Origin: an uncultured Candidatus Saccharibacteria bacterium
Lineage (GTDB): Bacteria; Patescibacteriota; Minisyncoccia; 2-02-FULL-40-12; GWA2-44-9
Length of the DNA: 61,909 nucleotides
Direction of reading: 5' to 3'
Assembly: GCA_964653875.1 (NCBI GenBank)
Contig: CAZZGH010000001.1
Location: forward strand, 564 to 62,472
Shown: positions 46,911 through 55,797 of the stretch, piece by piece
Layout of the letters: each line of letters opens with the position of its first letter
How positions within the stretch are numbered: the stretch's first letter is position 1
Notes under the pieces: model-generated
The model's input: only the letters and a program-made list of their open reading frames with translations
Databases searched by the model: none
What the model was told of the DNA's origin: nothing
Program-made: the position numbers and the translations under genes

Positions 46911-47873
46911 TTACTGATGGCACTTTATATTATTAATAGTAAATTCCGTACCTCCGGCTAGGACACGTGCATAAACCCATGTTCCTCCGGCATCTTTAAA
47001 CTGAAAACATGTACCTTTGGTTGAAGCGGCGCTTCCGCCAAATAAAACACTTACTGTAGCAGTATTGGTACCCCCGCCAAATTCAGCCGAATAAATAGTA
47101 CTGGAACTGGCGACATTATGACCAACAACAAGATCAGTTTTGAAAAATCCTTGTGATGCCGAAACATAACCTACTGCTTCAAAATCGCTACCCACCGAAG
47201 CGGTACCATCAAAGAAAGACTTACCATCAACCTCTAAAGCGCCCGATATAAGCACATCATTTGAAGCATTTATATCTACGGTATGACCAGCAGTGCCGGT
47301 TCCAAATCTTGACCAGGTAACCGATGCGGTAGCACCAGGCGCACCAGCCACCTGAATCCCGTTTTGGGTGAAGAAGAAAGATGCCGATGCCGTACCTTGA
47401 ACTTCAAAAGTCGTTGAAGGTCCAGTACCACCAATTCCAACCTTGGCATCAAAGAAAACATTGTCATCAAATTCTACCAAGCCCGAAACTAAGATATCAT
47501 CTGCCGCAGCTAATGAGTGGCCCGTTGTCCCCGTTCCAAATCTTGAATAAGCTACCGATGCAGTAGCGCCAGGTACACCGGCTATTTGAATTGTATTTTG
47601 AGTAAAGAAATAAGATGCCGATGCCGTACCTTGCACTTCAAAAGTCGTTGAAGCGGCGGCGCCGACACCGACCCTTATTTTGGCAGTATCAACAGCAAGC
47701 ACGGTAATTGTACCAGCTGCATCTTGGAACAATGCCGCAGTAGCAGAACCAACCGTCTGTGTAAAAGTACCCGTAGTACTCATGTTAGTTCCAATAATAC
47801 TTGATGCATTAGCCATTCCAGTTAATGCCAAAGACAGAACGACCAAAAGAGAGATGACAAAATATTTTTTCAT
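46911..47873 (-). CDS. secreted Gly/Thr/Ala/Ser-rich protein with a tandem 78-aa repeat and a C-terminal Cys pair
   Basis: Signal peptide MKKYFVISLLVVLSLALTGMANA. Repeats STTFEVQGTASAS(Y/F)FFTQN..., and Cys289/Cys318. Confidence 0.7.
   Translation of the reverse strand: MKKYFVISLLVVLSLALTGMANASSIIGTNMSTTGTFTQTVGSATAALFQDAAGTITVLAVDTAKIRVGVGAAASTTFEVQGTASASYFFTQNTIQIAGVPGATASVAYSRFGTGTTGHSLAAADDILVSGLVEFDDNVFFDAKVGIGGTGPSTTFEVQGTASASFFFTQNGIQVAGAPGATASVTWSRFGTGTAGHTVDINASNDVLISGALEVDGKSFFDGTASVGSDFEAVGYVSASQGFFKTDLVVGHNVASSSTIYSAEFGGGTNTATVSVLFGGSAASTKGTCFQFKDAGGTWVYARVLAGGTEFTINNIKCHQ
47190..47651 (-). repeat. intragenic tandem duplication, period 234 bp (78 aa)
   Basis: AGATGCCGATGCCGTACCTTG(A/C)ACTTCAAAAGTCGTTGAAG occurs at 47379 and at 47613. 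Confidence 0.85.
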
Positions 47874-47880
47874 ATTCTTA

Positions 47881-47908
47881 ATTATAAACTAGGATTTAGA
47901 GGATACAA
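47881..47908 (-). promoter_or_regulatory. promoter: TTGTAT, 16-nt spacer, TATAAT. The -10 ends 7 nt before the ATG at 47873 (leaderless geometry)
   Basis: Minus-strand -10 is at 47886-47881. No Shine-Dalgarno sequence lies between it and the ATG. Confidence 0.45.
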
Positions 47909-47928
47909 TAGATAAAATGTGGATAACT

Positions 47929-49044
47929 TTATCCGAGAATTTCTTTTAGTTTTTCCGCATAATTCTTAATTGCCGCTTTTTTCTCAAATTGTCTTGCAAT
48001 TTCCAAACCAGCCGTTGCCATGCTGTCTCTTTCGTCCTCATTGCCCAAAAGATCTTTGATCTTTTGGGCAATATCTTCGGCATTCCAGTCAATTATTTTA
48101 ACCGCATTTTTATCGGCAAAATCAGGTATCAAACCAACCTTGGTAGCCAGAACCGGCACCCCGCAAGCCATTGCTTCCACAACCACTCTCGGACCGCCCT
48201 CGTTGTATGATGGCATCAGCAATACCCGAGACTCATTCATAAGCCCCGCTACATCTTTACTGTTTTCAACACCAGGACTAAAAGACACATTAGAAAGCCT
48301 GTCGATGTAATCTTTAACAATTTTATTAAGAGAACCATCACCAACGATTTTAAATTTTAGATCCGGAAGAAGTTTAATTACCTGGAGTAACAGATCGATT
48401 CCTTTATTTGTTTCCAGACGACCGACAAAAATTACATCATATTTTTTAAACACACTCATTGGTTTAAATACTTCCGAATCTATATACATGGATGGTATAT
48501 AAATTATTTTCTTCTCGGGTACTCCGGCTTTCTTTAAAAATTCCGGCGTTTGTTTTGGATTTACCACTCTAATTTTCAATGCTTTTGAGCCAATAAATAT
48601 TCTGTGAATCTTCCATAGCCATAAATTTGAGTATATTTTCTCTTTCAAATTCGCAGCTTTTGGATAACCAGGAATGTGATGAATCTCTAAAACATAAGGC
48701 ACCCTAGTAAATACGGAGGCAATAAGTCCCCCAATACCGTTATAAAAAGGTGGATAATCTTGAACTGTCATCAAGTTAAATTTAATATCTCTAAAAAAAC
48801 GGAGGCTTAATATTTTAAAAAAGAAGAAAATTGGGTAAAAAAGTAGAGGCAATGGCGAAGAATGAATAAAAACATTACCAAAAATAATATTTTTTTTCGG
48901 ACTACCGATTCGGGGAGCTATAATATCAATTCTGTCCCAATACTCATGAAATTCCTCCAAAGTATTATAAAACGCCCCGTATCTGCCAGAGGCCAGGTCC
49001 TTAGCACTGCCAATTCCAGTTATCATTAAGAGATTTTTGGCCAT
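47929..49044 (-). CDS. glycosyltransferase, GT-B fold (GT4)
   Basis: C-terminal LLMPSYNEGGPRVVVEAMACGVPVLATKVGLIPD. Confidence 0.8.
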   Translation of the reverse strand: MAKNLLMITGIGSAKDLASGRYGAFYNTLEEFHEYWDRIDIIAPRIGSPKKNIIFGNVFIHSSPLPLLFYPIFFFFKILSLRFFRDIKFNLMTVQDYPPFYNGIGGLIASVFTRVPYVLEIHHIPGYPKAANLKEKIYSNLWLWKIHRIFIGSKALKIRVVNPKQTPEFLKKAGVPEKKIIYIPSMYIDSEVFKPMSVFKKYDVIFVGRLETNKGIDLLLQVIKLLPDLKFKIVGDGSLNKIVKDYIDRLSNVSFSPGVENSKDVAGLMNESRVLLMPSYNEGGPRVVVEAMACGVPVLATKVGLIPDFADKNAVKIIDWNAEDIAQKIKDLLGNEDERDSMATAGLEIARQFEKKAAIKNYAEKLKEILG

Positions 49045-49045
49045 A

Positions 49046-50218
49046 TTATTTTGTCAGAATTTTAACCGTTTCTTCAATCATTTTTTCGGAGCTAAAGTGT
49101 TCGGCTGTTTTTTTGCCTTCTTTTTTAAATTCTTCCTGCAGTTCTGGATTTTGCCAAAGAGATTTAATCGCCTCTACGAGATTGAACTCGTCCTGATATT
49201 TAATCATAAAACCATTTTCTCCTTGCCTGATAACTTCTTTGTTTCCTCCCACGGCTGTCGTAATGACAGGCACGCCAGCCGTCATGACTTCCAGTATTTG
49301 ATGCGAAAAACCTTCATAACCGCTATCGAGAACAAACATGTCCGCCGCCGCCAGATAAATTGCCAGCTCTTCCTGCGATTTTCTGCCGACTAGATAAACT
49401 TTTCTCTCCAAACCAAGATTTTTAATCATTGATTCAAGCATTTTTTGGTCAGGCCCATCACCGACTATAACCAAGCGAAAAAGCTGACTTACTTCCGAAA
49501 GTCGAGGCATAATCTTGATCAGCATGCGAAAACCTTTCCAAGGAACCAGGCGCCCTGCAGATAGTATAATGTCTCCATAAATTCCTATTTTTTTCTTGGC
49601 TTCCTCTCTACTAATGTCTGCGCCTTTAAATTCAACTCCGTTATAAACGACCTTGATCTTGCTTGCCGAAATGCCCCAGCCATGGACAATACTTGCCAGA
49701 TATTTCGAAGGCACGATAATCTCATCGGCTCTCTTGCAAGCCCATGTTTGGATCTTGTGCAAAAACCAAATCCAGCCTGTTTTTTTAATTTTTTGAAAAT
49801 CATCTATCAGTAATGGCGTTTTATTTTTTTCTACTGCAACTTGCCAAGCATAATCACCGGCAATTCTAATATAAAACTTCTTTTTAAAAAATCCCGCTCC
49901 GATCAAAGACGGAATTGCTCCGCTTAAAGAGCTCAGCGAATATACAATGTCGCTGTTTTTGCAGGCACAAAAAACTTTTGACGCATATAAAGCATGTCTT
50001 AAAAACCAGGGTATTTTCTTCCAAACCCGTTTTGTTTTAAATGGATAATTTTTGTCTTGTTCATATTTTTTTACTGATGAATACGTAATAATTTTAACTT
50101 CGTAATCTTTTGATAGTCTTTGAGCCAAAATTCTGGCATACGAAGCCGGACCACCTATGTCGGGAGGAAATATACCAGTTACAATTAAAAAATTTTTATT
50201 TAATTTTTCATTTTTCAT
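49046..50218 (-). CDS. glycosyltransferase, GT-B fold (GT4)
   Basis: N-terminal PPDIGGPASY, and C-terminal MFVLDSGYEGFSHQILEVMTAGVPVITTAVGGNKE. Confidence 0.8.
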   Translation of the reverse strand: MKNEKLNKNFLIVTGIFPPDIGGPASYARILAQRLSKDYEVKIITYSSVKKYEQDKNYPFKTKRVWKKIPWFLRHALYASKVFCACKNSDIVYSLSSLSGAIPSLIGAGFFKKKFYIRIAGDYAWQVAVEKNKTPLLIDDFQKIKKTGWIWFLHKIQTWACKRADEIIVPSKYLASIVHGWGISASKIKVVYNGVEFKGADISREEAKKKIGIYGDIILSAGRLVPWKGFRMLIKIMPRLSEVSQLFRLVIVGDGPDQKMLESMIKNLGLERKVYLVGRKSQEELAIYLAAADMFVLDSGYEGFSHQILEVMTAGVPVITTAVGGNKEVIRQGENGFMIKYQDEFNLVEAIKSLWQNPELQEEFKKEGKKTAEHFSSEKMIEETVKILTK

Positions 50219-50244
50219 TTTTATTTTTTAATTTAAGATTCAAT

Positions 50245-50988
50245 CTACTTACGAGTAAATAGGTTGAATCTGATGATGTGCCAAATCGCGGCCAATCCGT
50301 CTTTCCAGTTAATTTTTTTGCCCTCTTTGTACGTGCGCCCCGAGTAAGAAATCGGCACTTCTGTAATTCTTAAATTAAATTTCCCCACCCAAGCCGTAAG
50401 TTCAGGATCAATGCCAAATCTTTTAGATATAAGATGGGGGTAGATTTGATTTATTGAGTCCCTGGAAAAAACCTTATAACAAGTGTACATATCGGTTAAC
50501 CTAACTCCGCTGAAAACATTGGACATCCAATTCAAGACCCTGCTAAATAAGTAGCCGTGCTTATAAACGATAGTGTTATTGCGCCCCAACTCAAGAAAAC
50601 GAGAACCATAAACAACATCTGCCACACCATCCATAATCGACCTAATCAGAGCAGGATAATCCTGAGGGTCATATTCCAAATCAGCATCTTGGATTAAAAC
50701 AATGTTTCCCGTCGCCTCCTGAAATCCCCTTTTTACGGCCGCTCCCTTGCCAGAGTTCTTATCCAAAAAAACCACCTTATACCCCACCTGTGGATTAACG
50801 ACACTGAATGTCGTTATATTAAAACTGTGGATAACTTCTCGGGAACCATCCGTAGAGCAGTCATCAACAAGAATTATCTCTTTTTCAAGCGGTAGCTCTA
50901 CGCTTTTCACGGCAGAAATAAGCCGGGTCAGCGTTTTTTCTTCATTAAAAACCGGTATAATTATGCTTAACTTTTTATATTCCATCAT
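50245..50988 (-). CDS. glycosyltransferase family 2 (soluble, DPM1/GtrB-like catalytic domain)
   Basis: LSIIIPVFNEEKTL, VDDCSTDGS, QDADLEYDP. Confidence 0.85.
   Translation of the reverse strand: MMEYKKLSIIIPVFNEEKTLTRLISAVKSVELPLEKEIILVDDCSTDGSREVIHSFNITTFSVVNPQVGYKVVFLDKNSGKGAAVKRGFQEATGNIVLIQDADLEYDPQDYPALIRSIMDGVADVVYGSRFLELGRNNTIVYKHGYLFSRVLNWMSNVFSGVRLTDMYTCYKVFSRDSINQIYPHLISKRFGIDPELTAWVGKFNLRITEVPISYSGRTYKEGKKINWKDGLAAIWHIIRFNLFTRK
50795..50840. repeat. near-palindrome TTAACGACACTGAATGTCGTTA plus TGTGGATAACT (DnaA-box-containing 11-mer)
   Basis: Related at the DNA level to 61845-61900 but lying in a different reading frame. Confidence 0.75.
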
Positions 50989-52192
50989 ATATTTTCCTAA
51001 ATTCTACCGCTATTTTATCCCAGTTGTATTTTTCTTGAACCAATTTTCTGCCGTTATTTATTAATTTTATTCTTAACTCACTGTCAGTCAAAAGTATCTT
51101 TATTTTTTCGGCTAAGTCTTGCGGATCGCCGACATTGCAAAAAAGACCCGTTTCGCCATCTTTGAGAAAGTCGGGGATCCCGCCTACTGGGGTACCGATA
51201 ACCGGCAGTCCCGCTGCCATCGCTTCCAGAAATGCCGTGCCAAGACCTTCCGAAAGCGAAGGTCTGACAAAAATATCCGCCATGGATAAATATTTCAAGG
51301 TTAATTCATTTGAAATTTCTCCCAAAAATTCAATATTACTTTCCAACTTTAAATTTTTAACTTTTAACTTTAACTTTTTTTCCAACGAGCCGCCTCCAAC
51401 TATCAACAGCTTCGGATTTTCCATTTTCCAGTTCCCATTTGTCGTTGATTTATCATTTACCAAGATGGTCATCGCCTCGATTAAATCTTCTATGCCGTTT
51501 TTCTCAACCAATCTCGAGACCGTAATAATGACTTTTCCGTGATTCATGATTCGTGATTCACGATTCGTGAATTTTTCCAAGTCCACTCCATTTGGTATCA
51601 CGCTCACAGGTAATTTTTGATTTTGAGACTCAACATATCGAGCAAGATAATTGCTGATTGCTGTAGCTTGATCCGCTTTCTTGAAAATGAGGTATCGAAA
51701 AAATTTCATCAGCCATGGCTGTTGGTTCAAATCTTTTCCTTCCTGAATAGTAATAATAAACGGGATAGCGGGATACCTCCATTTTAGCAACCATCCTCCG
51801 CCGGCAGCCTGTGAAGCTTGATAGGCATGAATTATATTGTATGGACCGAATTTGCGCATTAATTGGCATGTTTTAAAAAAAACGGCCACTGGGAAAAAAC
51901 TTTTAGGCAACAAAAAATTGAGGCGGCTGAACGAGTTGCCAACACGATATATATTTACATTACCCGCCTGTTCGTATTCGGAAACATTTTTAGAGAAGCG
52001 AGAGGTAATTAAATCAAAGTGAATTCCAGGCAATCTGTCTGTTGTATTTTTTATAGCAAGTTCAGAACCGCCTATTTGAGGCAAATATGCCGTCGTAAGT
52101 ATTAGAACTCTTTTCGGAGTGGTCTCCTGGCGGTGCTTTAGCCCGCCAAGGAACTCTGTAGATTTTTGAGTCATTTTGTGGTATTTTGGCAT
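50975..52192 (-). CDS. glycosyltransferase, GT-B fold (GT4)
   Basis: VLILTTAYLPQIGGSE, and C-terminal IFVRPSLSEGLGTAFLEAMAAGLPVIGTPVGGIPD. The start could instead be the second ATG at 52174. Confidence 0.8.
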   Translation of the reverse strand: MPKYHKMTQKSTEFLGGLKHRQETTPKRVLILTTAYLPQIGGSELAIKNTTDRLPGIHFDLITSRFSKNVSEYEQAGNVNIYRVGNSFSRLNFLLPKSFFPVAVFFKTCQLMRKFGPYNIIHAYQASQAAGGGWLLKWRYPAIPFIITIQEGKDLNQQPWLMKFFRYLIFKKADQATAISNYLARYVESQNQKLPVSVIPNGVDLEKFTNRESRIMNHGKVIITVSRLVEKNGIEDLIEAMTILVNDKSTTNGNWKMENPKLLIVGGGSLEKKLKLKVKNLKLESNIEFLGEISNELTLKYLSMADIFVRPSLSEGLGTAFLEAMAAGLPVIGTPVGGIPDFLKDGETGLFCNVGDPQDLAEKIKILLTDSELRIKLINNGRKLVQEKYNWDKIAVEFRKIYDGI

Positions 52193-52211
52193 AAAATACC
52201 AATGGAATCAA

Positions 52212-52276
52212 CCCCGTAGTAGATTTTCCGATTGCGACAAAGTCGCTCAAGAAACCTCGGAAAATTCACTACGGGG
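52212..52276. promoter_or_regulatory. nested inverted repeat in a divergent intergenic region
   Basis: 19-nt arms at 52212-52230 and 52258-52276 (17 Watson-Crick pairs, 1 G-U, 1 mismatch) enclose an inner hairpin GCGAC-aaa-GTCGC (52234-52246). The right arm overlaps the -35 region of TTCACT-18-TATAAT (52265-52294). Confidence 0.7.
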
Positions 52277-52298
52277 TCAAACCCAACATATAATCACC

Positions 52299-53495
52299 AT
52301 GCAAAACGAAACCACCCCATACATAACTAGTACAGGAGACCTCAAAAAGAGGATTTTATTCGTAATTACACTATCAGAATTAGGGGGAGCCCAAAGATTC
52401 TTATCCAACCTCATTTCTCATCTAAACAGAGATGTTTACGAATTCCTGGTGGCAGTTGGTTCAAGCGGAAACGGAGATTTTTTGAGAGTTTTAAGAGCCG
52501 AGGGCATCCCCCATCAAACACTTAGATTTCTAGAACGTGAACCGACATTAAGCGACATCAAAGCCGTTTTTGAAATCCGCAATTTAATCAAAAACTATCG
52601 TCCCGATGTTTTATTTTTAAATAGTTCTAAGGCCGGATTTATCGGTTCTTTAGCGGTAAAATTCCCGACAAGAATAAATGCTCTAAAAGTTATTTATAGA
52701 ATAGGCGGCTGGTCATTCAATGATCCGTGGCCAAGGTGGAAAAACTGGCTTTGGATAACCCTGGAACGGTTAAGCGCAAAATGGAAAGACATTATAATCG
52801 TAAATAATCAGCACGATCTGGATCAGGCAAAAAAACTTAAAATAAGACCCCGAATGCAAATGGTTCTGGTTCATAACGGCATTGAGGTGTATAAGTTAGA
52901 TCTTTTGCAGCCGGGAGAAGCGCGGACAAAGTTGCTTGAAAAGGCCGCGAAATATTATGGTACAAACATTCCAGCCAAAAACATTATAGGCACAATCGCC
53001 AATTTTTACCCAACCAAGGGGTTGGAGTATCTTATCGGGGCTGCTGATTATTTTAACAACAATGACGACGTTGTTTTCTTTATTATTGGAGACGGGGAAT
53101 TAAGACCGGAACTGGAAAAAATGATACAAGAAAAAGGATTGGGAGAGAAAGTTTTTCTTTTGGGTCGGATTCCGGACGCATACCGATTTCTGCCGGCCTT
53201 TGATGTTTTCGTTCTCCCGTCGGTAAAGGAAGGTTTCCCTTGGGCTTTAATTGAGGCAATGTCGGCCAAATTGCCAGTTATTGCTACTGATGTCGGAGCA
53301 GTACCGGAAATAATTGATGACCACAAAAATGGTATGCTTGTCAAACCCAAAGACCCGGCTGGTTTAGCGCATAAAATTAAAGAAATTCTTGCAAACGACC
53401 GGATAAAAAACGAGCTGGGAATACAGGCTCATCAGACAGTACTTTTTAAGTTCGAGCTTGATAAAATGGTAAAAAAGATTGAGGAACTACTCTAA
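52299..53495 (+). CDS. glycosyltransferase, GT-B fold (GT4)
   Basis: ATG at 52299 (MQNETTPY...KRILFVITLSELGGAQ) is preferred over the ORF-track start at 52176, which would read through the structured intergenic region. C-terminus VFVLPSVKEGFPWALIEAMSAKLPVIATDVGAVPE. Confidence 0.8.
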   Translation: MQNETTPYITSTGDLKKRILFVITLSELGGAQRFLSNLISHLNRDVYEFLVAVGSSGNGDFLRVLRAEGIPHQTLRFLEREPTLSDIKAVFEIRNLIKNYRPDVLFLNSSKAGFIGSLAVKFPTRINALKVIYRIGGWSFNDPWPRWKNWLWITLERLSAKWKDIIIVNNQHDLDQAKKLKIRPRMQMVLVHNGIEVYKLDLLQPGEARTKLLEKAAKYYGTNIPAKNIIGTIANFYPTKGLEYLIGAADYFNNNDDVVFFIIGDGELRPELEKMIQEKGLGEKVFLLGRIPDAYRFLPAFDVFVLPSVKEGFPWALIEAMSAKLPVIATDVGAVPEIIDDHKNGMLVKPKDPAGLAHKIKEILANDRIKNELGIQAHQTVLFKFELDKMVKKIEELL

Positions 53496-55765
53496 AGGTT
53501 TCTGCCGAGACTCCTTAAGAAAACTCTGGCATCAGCCTCAAAAGATGGATCAACCTGAACCGCCTTGCGAGCCATTGCCACAGCTTCGTCTATCCTACCC
53601 AAATTAACATAAGCAGTTGCCAACGATGCATAATATTGAGGATTTTTGGGGTTCAGCGGAATAATTCTCTCAAAAGCATTTGCAATTTTAGCAAAATCGT
53701 TGGTTTTAAGATAAAAATTTATTAATCTTAAATAATCTTGTTCATTCGGACTGTATCTGTTTTCACCAGTCAATGCTCTCTCCATATCTTTGATCCCGCC
53801 CATGTCACCACTTTCCAACTTAGCCGCTCCAAGATACCAATAAGATAAGCCCGTTTTAGGATTAAGATCCACGGCTTTTTGGAAAAACTCAATAGCTTTG
53901 GGGAAATCCTTTTTGTTAAGGTAAGCTTGGGCTATCTCATAATAAGTTCTCACAAAAGTCGGCGAAAGTTCCAACGCCTTCATCGAATAATATAAGGCCT
54001 TGTCATTATGCGGCGACCTCGGATCATCTTTGCCAAGTACGACATTTAATCGCGAAGCATAAAGATACGGAAGATTATCAATGGAATTTTCTTTGATATT
54101 TTTATCGACTTCCAATAAAGCAAGTTCATAAGCATCTCTCACCACTTTTTCTTTCACACTCGGACCGCCTGCGCCAATAAGATATTGGGCAAATCTGTGC
54201 CTATATTCATACTTGCCTGGCACACTATAAGACAAAGCTTCTTTGTATTTTGCTAAAGCACCATCAAAATCACTAGCCCATCCGCGAACAATCGCCCTGG
54301 TAGTTGCGTAATTGGCCTTAGCCGGTAAAATGTTTGTTTTATATATCAGTATAGATACTAAAACAATCAAAATCATGGCTACTAAATTTGTAAATGACCC
54401 GCTTGTTGTAACCGTTGGCCGAGCAACTTGAGTCTCTTTTTTAATATCGAAATTAAGAAAGGAGACAAAACCAGTAATTGTAAAAAATGTAATAAAATTG
54501 GCCGAGGTGTCGAAAATAAAGGAATTGTGAATTATATATGCAATAATTGCCGGTATAAGACCTATGCCGTAAATGGCAAAATCATTATTTTTTAACATCT
54601 TGCGTAAAAAAGCAAATAAAGACGCAAAAATATTTATATAAGCCAGAAGTCCGACGATCCCCATGGTAACAAGAATCTCCACGAACATATTATGAGCTCT
54701 GTCAAAAAGCGTTTCTGCACCTGAACCGACAAAAAAATTTGGATTAAAATGTTTTGAAAAAGGAATATTAAAGTTTTCCGGCCCCCAACCGAGAAGAATA
54801 GCCTTGGGGCTTTCAATCCAACCCTTAAGTCCGGCTTGCCATGCCCAAAAACGAGTTTGAACAGTAATCGAAGTAATCGAAAGATCCGTTATCCTGCTCA
54901 AATACTTGGATCCCTTAATAAAAGAAGAATCGCCAAACAAAGACGCGAACACAATAAATAAAATTATCAAACCAATCAAGGTATTGAAAACTGATTTTCC
55001 AATACGAGATTTGGTATATCTCATCCACAGAAAAGCAAAGACCGTAAGCCCCACCACATAACCCAAAACTGAACCTCTTACTGCAGTTGTCAAAACAGCG
55101 ATAGAGGTGGCAACGAAAGCAAATAGATAAAACACCTTGCTTGAAGGCTGATAAAAACTTAGTTTTTGAGTATTTTTAAGATTCAAATACATTAGCAGGG
55201 ACAGGAATACGACAAGTAGCTGGTAGCCGGCAAATAAGGCCGGATTGCCGATAGTGCCAAATATTCTTTCTCTGCCCCCGGAACCGACAAAAAACTGAAT
55301 ATCTGTTTTCTGGCCAAATCCGTAAAACGCCGATAAAACCCCCGCAAAAATAGTCAAATCCAACAATCTTTTCCAGTGTTCTCTTTTTGTAAGCACAGAA
55401 GTTGAAATTATGAAAAATATAAAATAATGCCAAAATGTCCAAAGTCCGCCCATTCTCTCAAGCGTACCCCAAAAACTTGGATATTTTAAAACACTAGTTA
55501 AAGTAGCCAAAGTAAACGCCAAAACAAAAAACAGGAAAGCCCAAAATATTCTATCCCGACGAGGCAGATAGGAACGTTCTTTGAGAATTAAGATTAAATA
55601 AGCTCCCCCCAAAATCTCAATTAAACTCCTAAAAACTATAACCTTCCCAAAATGAAATGGGGAAATAAAATCTTTCCAAATAACAAGGGAGATAAACGCC
55701 GTCAGATAAATCCCAAAGCGAATAAATTTTGCCAAATTTGACTCCCGTGAGTCTTGTTTTTGCAT
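53492..55765 (-). CDS. O-antigen-ligase-like (Wzy_C) polytopic membrane protein fused to C-terminal TPR repeats
   Basis: RIFGTIGNPALFAGY and DRAHNMFVEILVTMGIVGL match the Wzy_C signature. The last ~270 aa are TPR (AQAYLNKKDFPKAIEFFQKAVDLNP, among others). Confidence 0.8.
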   Translation of the reverse strand: MQKQDSRESNLAKFIRFGIYLTAFISLVIWKDFISPFHFGKVIVFRSLIEILGGAYLILILKERSYLPRRDRIFWAFLFFVLAFTLATLTSVLKYPSFWGTLERMGGLWTFWHYFIFFIISTSVLTKREHWKRLLDLTIFAGVLSAFYGFGQKTDIQFFVGSGGRERIFGTIGNPALFAGYQLLVVFLSLLMYLNLKNTQKLSFYQPSSKVFYLFAFVATSIAVLTTAVRGSVLGYVVGLTVFAFLWMRYTKSRIGKSVFNTLIGLIILFIVFASLFGDSSFIKGSKYLSRITDLSITSITVQTRFWAWQAGLKGWIESPKAILLGWGPENFNIPFSKHFNPNFFVGSGAETLFDRAHNMFVEILVTMGIVGLLAYINIFASLFAFLRKMLKNNDFAIYGIGLIPAIIAYIIHNSFIFDTSANFITFFTITGFVSFLNFDIKKETQVARPTVTTSGSFTNLVAMILIVLVSILIYKTNILPAKANYATTRAIVRGWASDFDGALAKYKEALSYSVPGKYEYRHRFAQYLIGAGGPSVKEKVVRDAYELALLEVDKNIKENSIDNLPYLYASRLNVVLGKDDPRSPHNDKALYYSMKALELSPTFVRTYYEIAQAYLNKKDFPKAIEFFQKAVDLNPKTGLSYWYLGAAKLESGDMGGIKDMERALTGENRYSPNEQDYLRLINFYLKTNDFAKIANAFERIIPLNPKNPQYYASLATAYVNLGRIDEAVAMARKAVQVDPSFEADARVFLRSLGRNL

Positions 55766-55797
55766 GATTAATACAATAGCACCAATCTAGATGTCTT

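Noticed and set aside
47918-47926. Perfect DnaA boxes (TGTGGATAA at 47918, 50826 and 61865) considered as a replication origin
   Set aside because: The boxes lie 3-11 kb apart, are not clustered next to an AT-rich unwinding element, and no dnaA/dnaN is present. They are reported instead as a repeated motif of unknown role.
51535-51569. Four to five tandem 7-nt units (ATTCATG, ATTCGTG, ATTCACG, ATTCGTG) inside GT4 gene 50975-52192, considered as a slipped-strand phase-variation tract
   Set aside because: The units are imperfect, with a different central dinucleotide in each, so slippage is unlikely. The frame is intact. At most it is a curiosity.
52176-52298. N-terminal 41-codon extension of the GT4 gene given in the ORF track (start at 52176)
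   Set aside because: The extension overlaps the divergent gene's start and reads through the nested inverted repeat and a TATAAT box. The GT4 homology begins just after ATG 52299.
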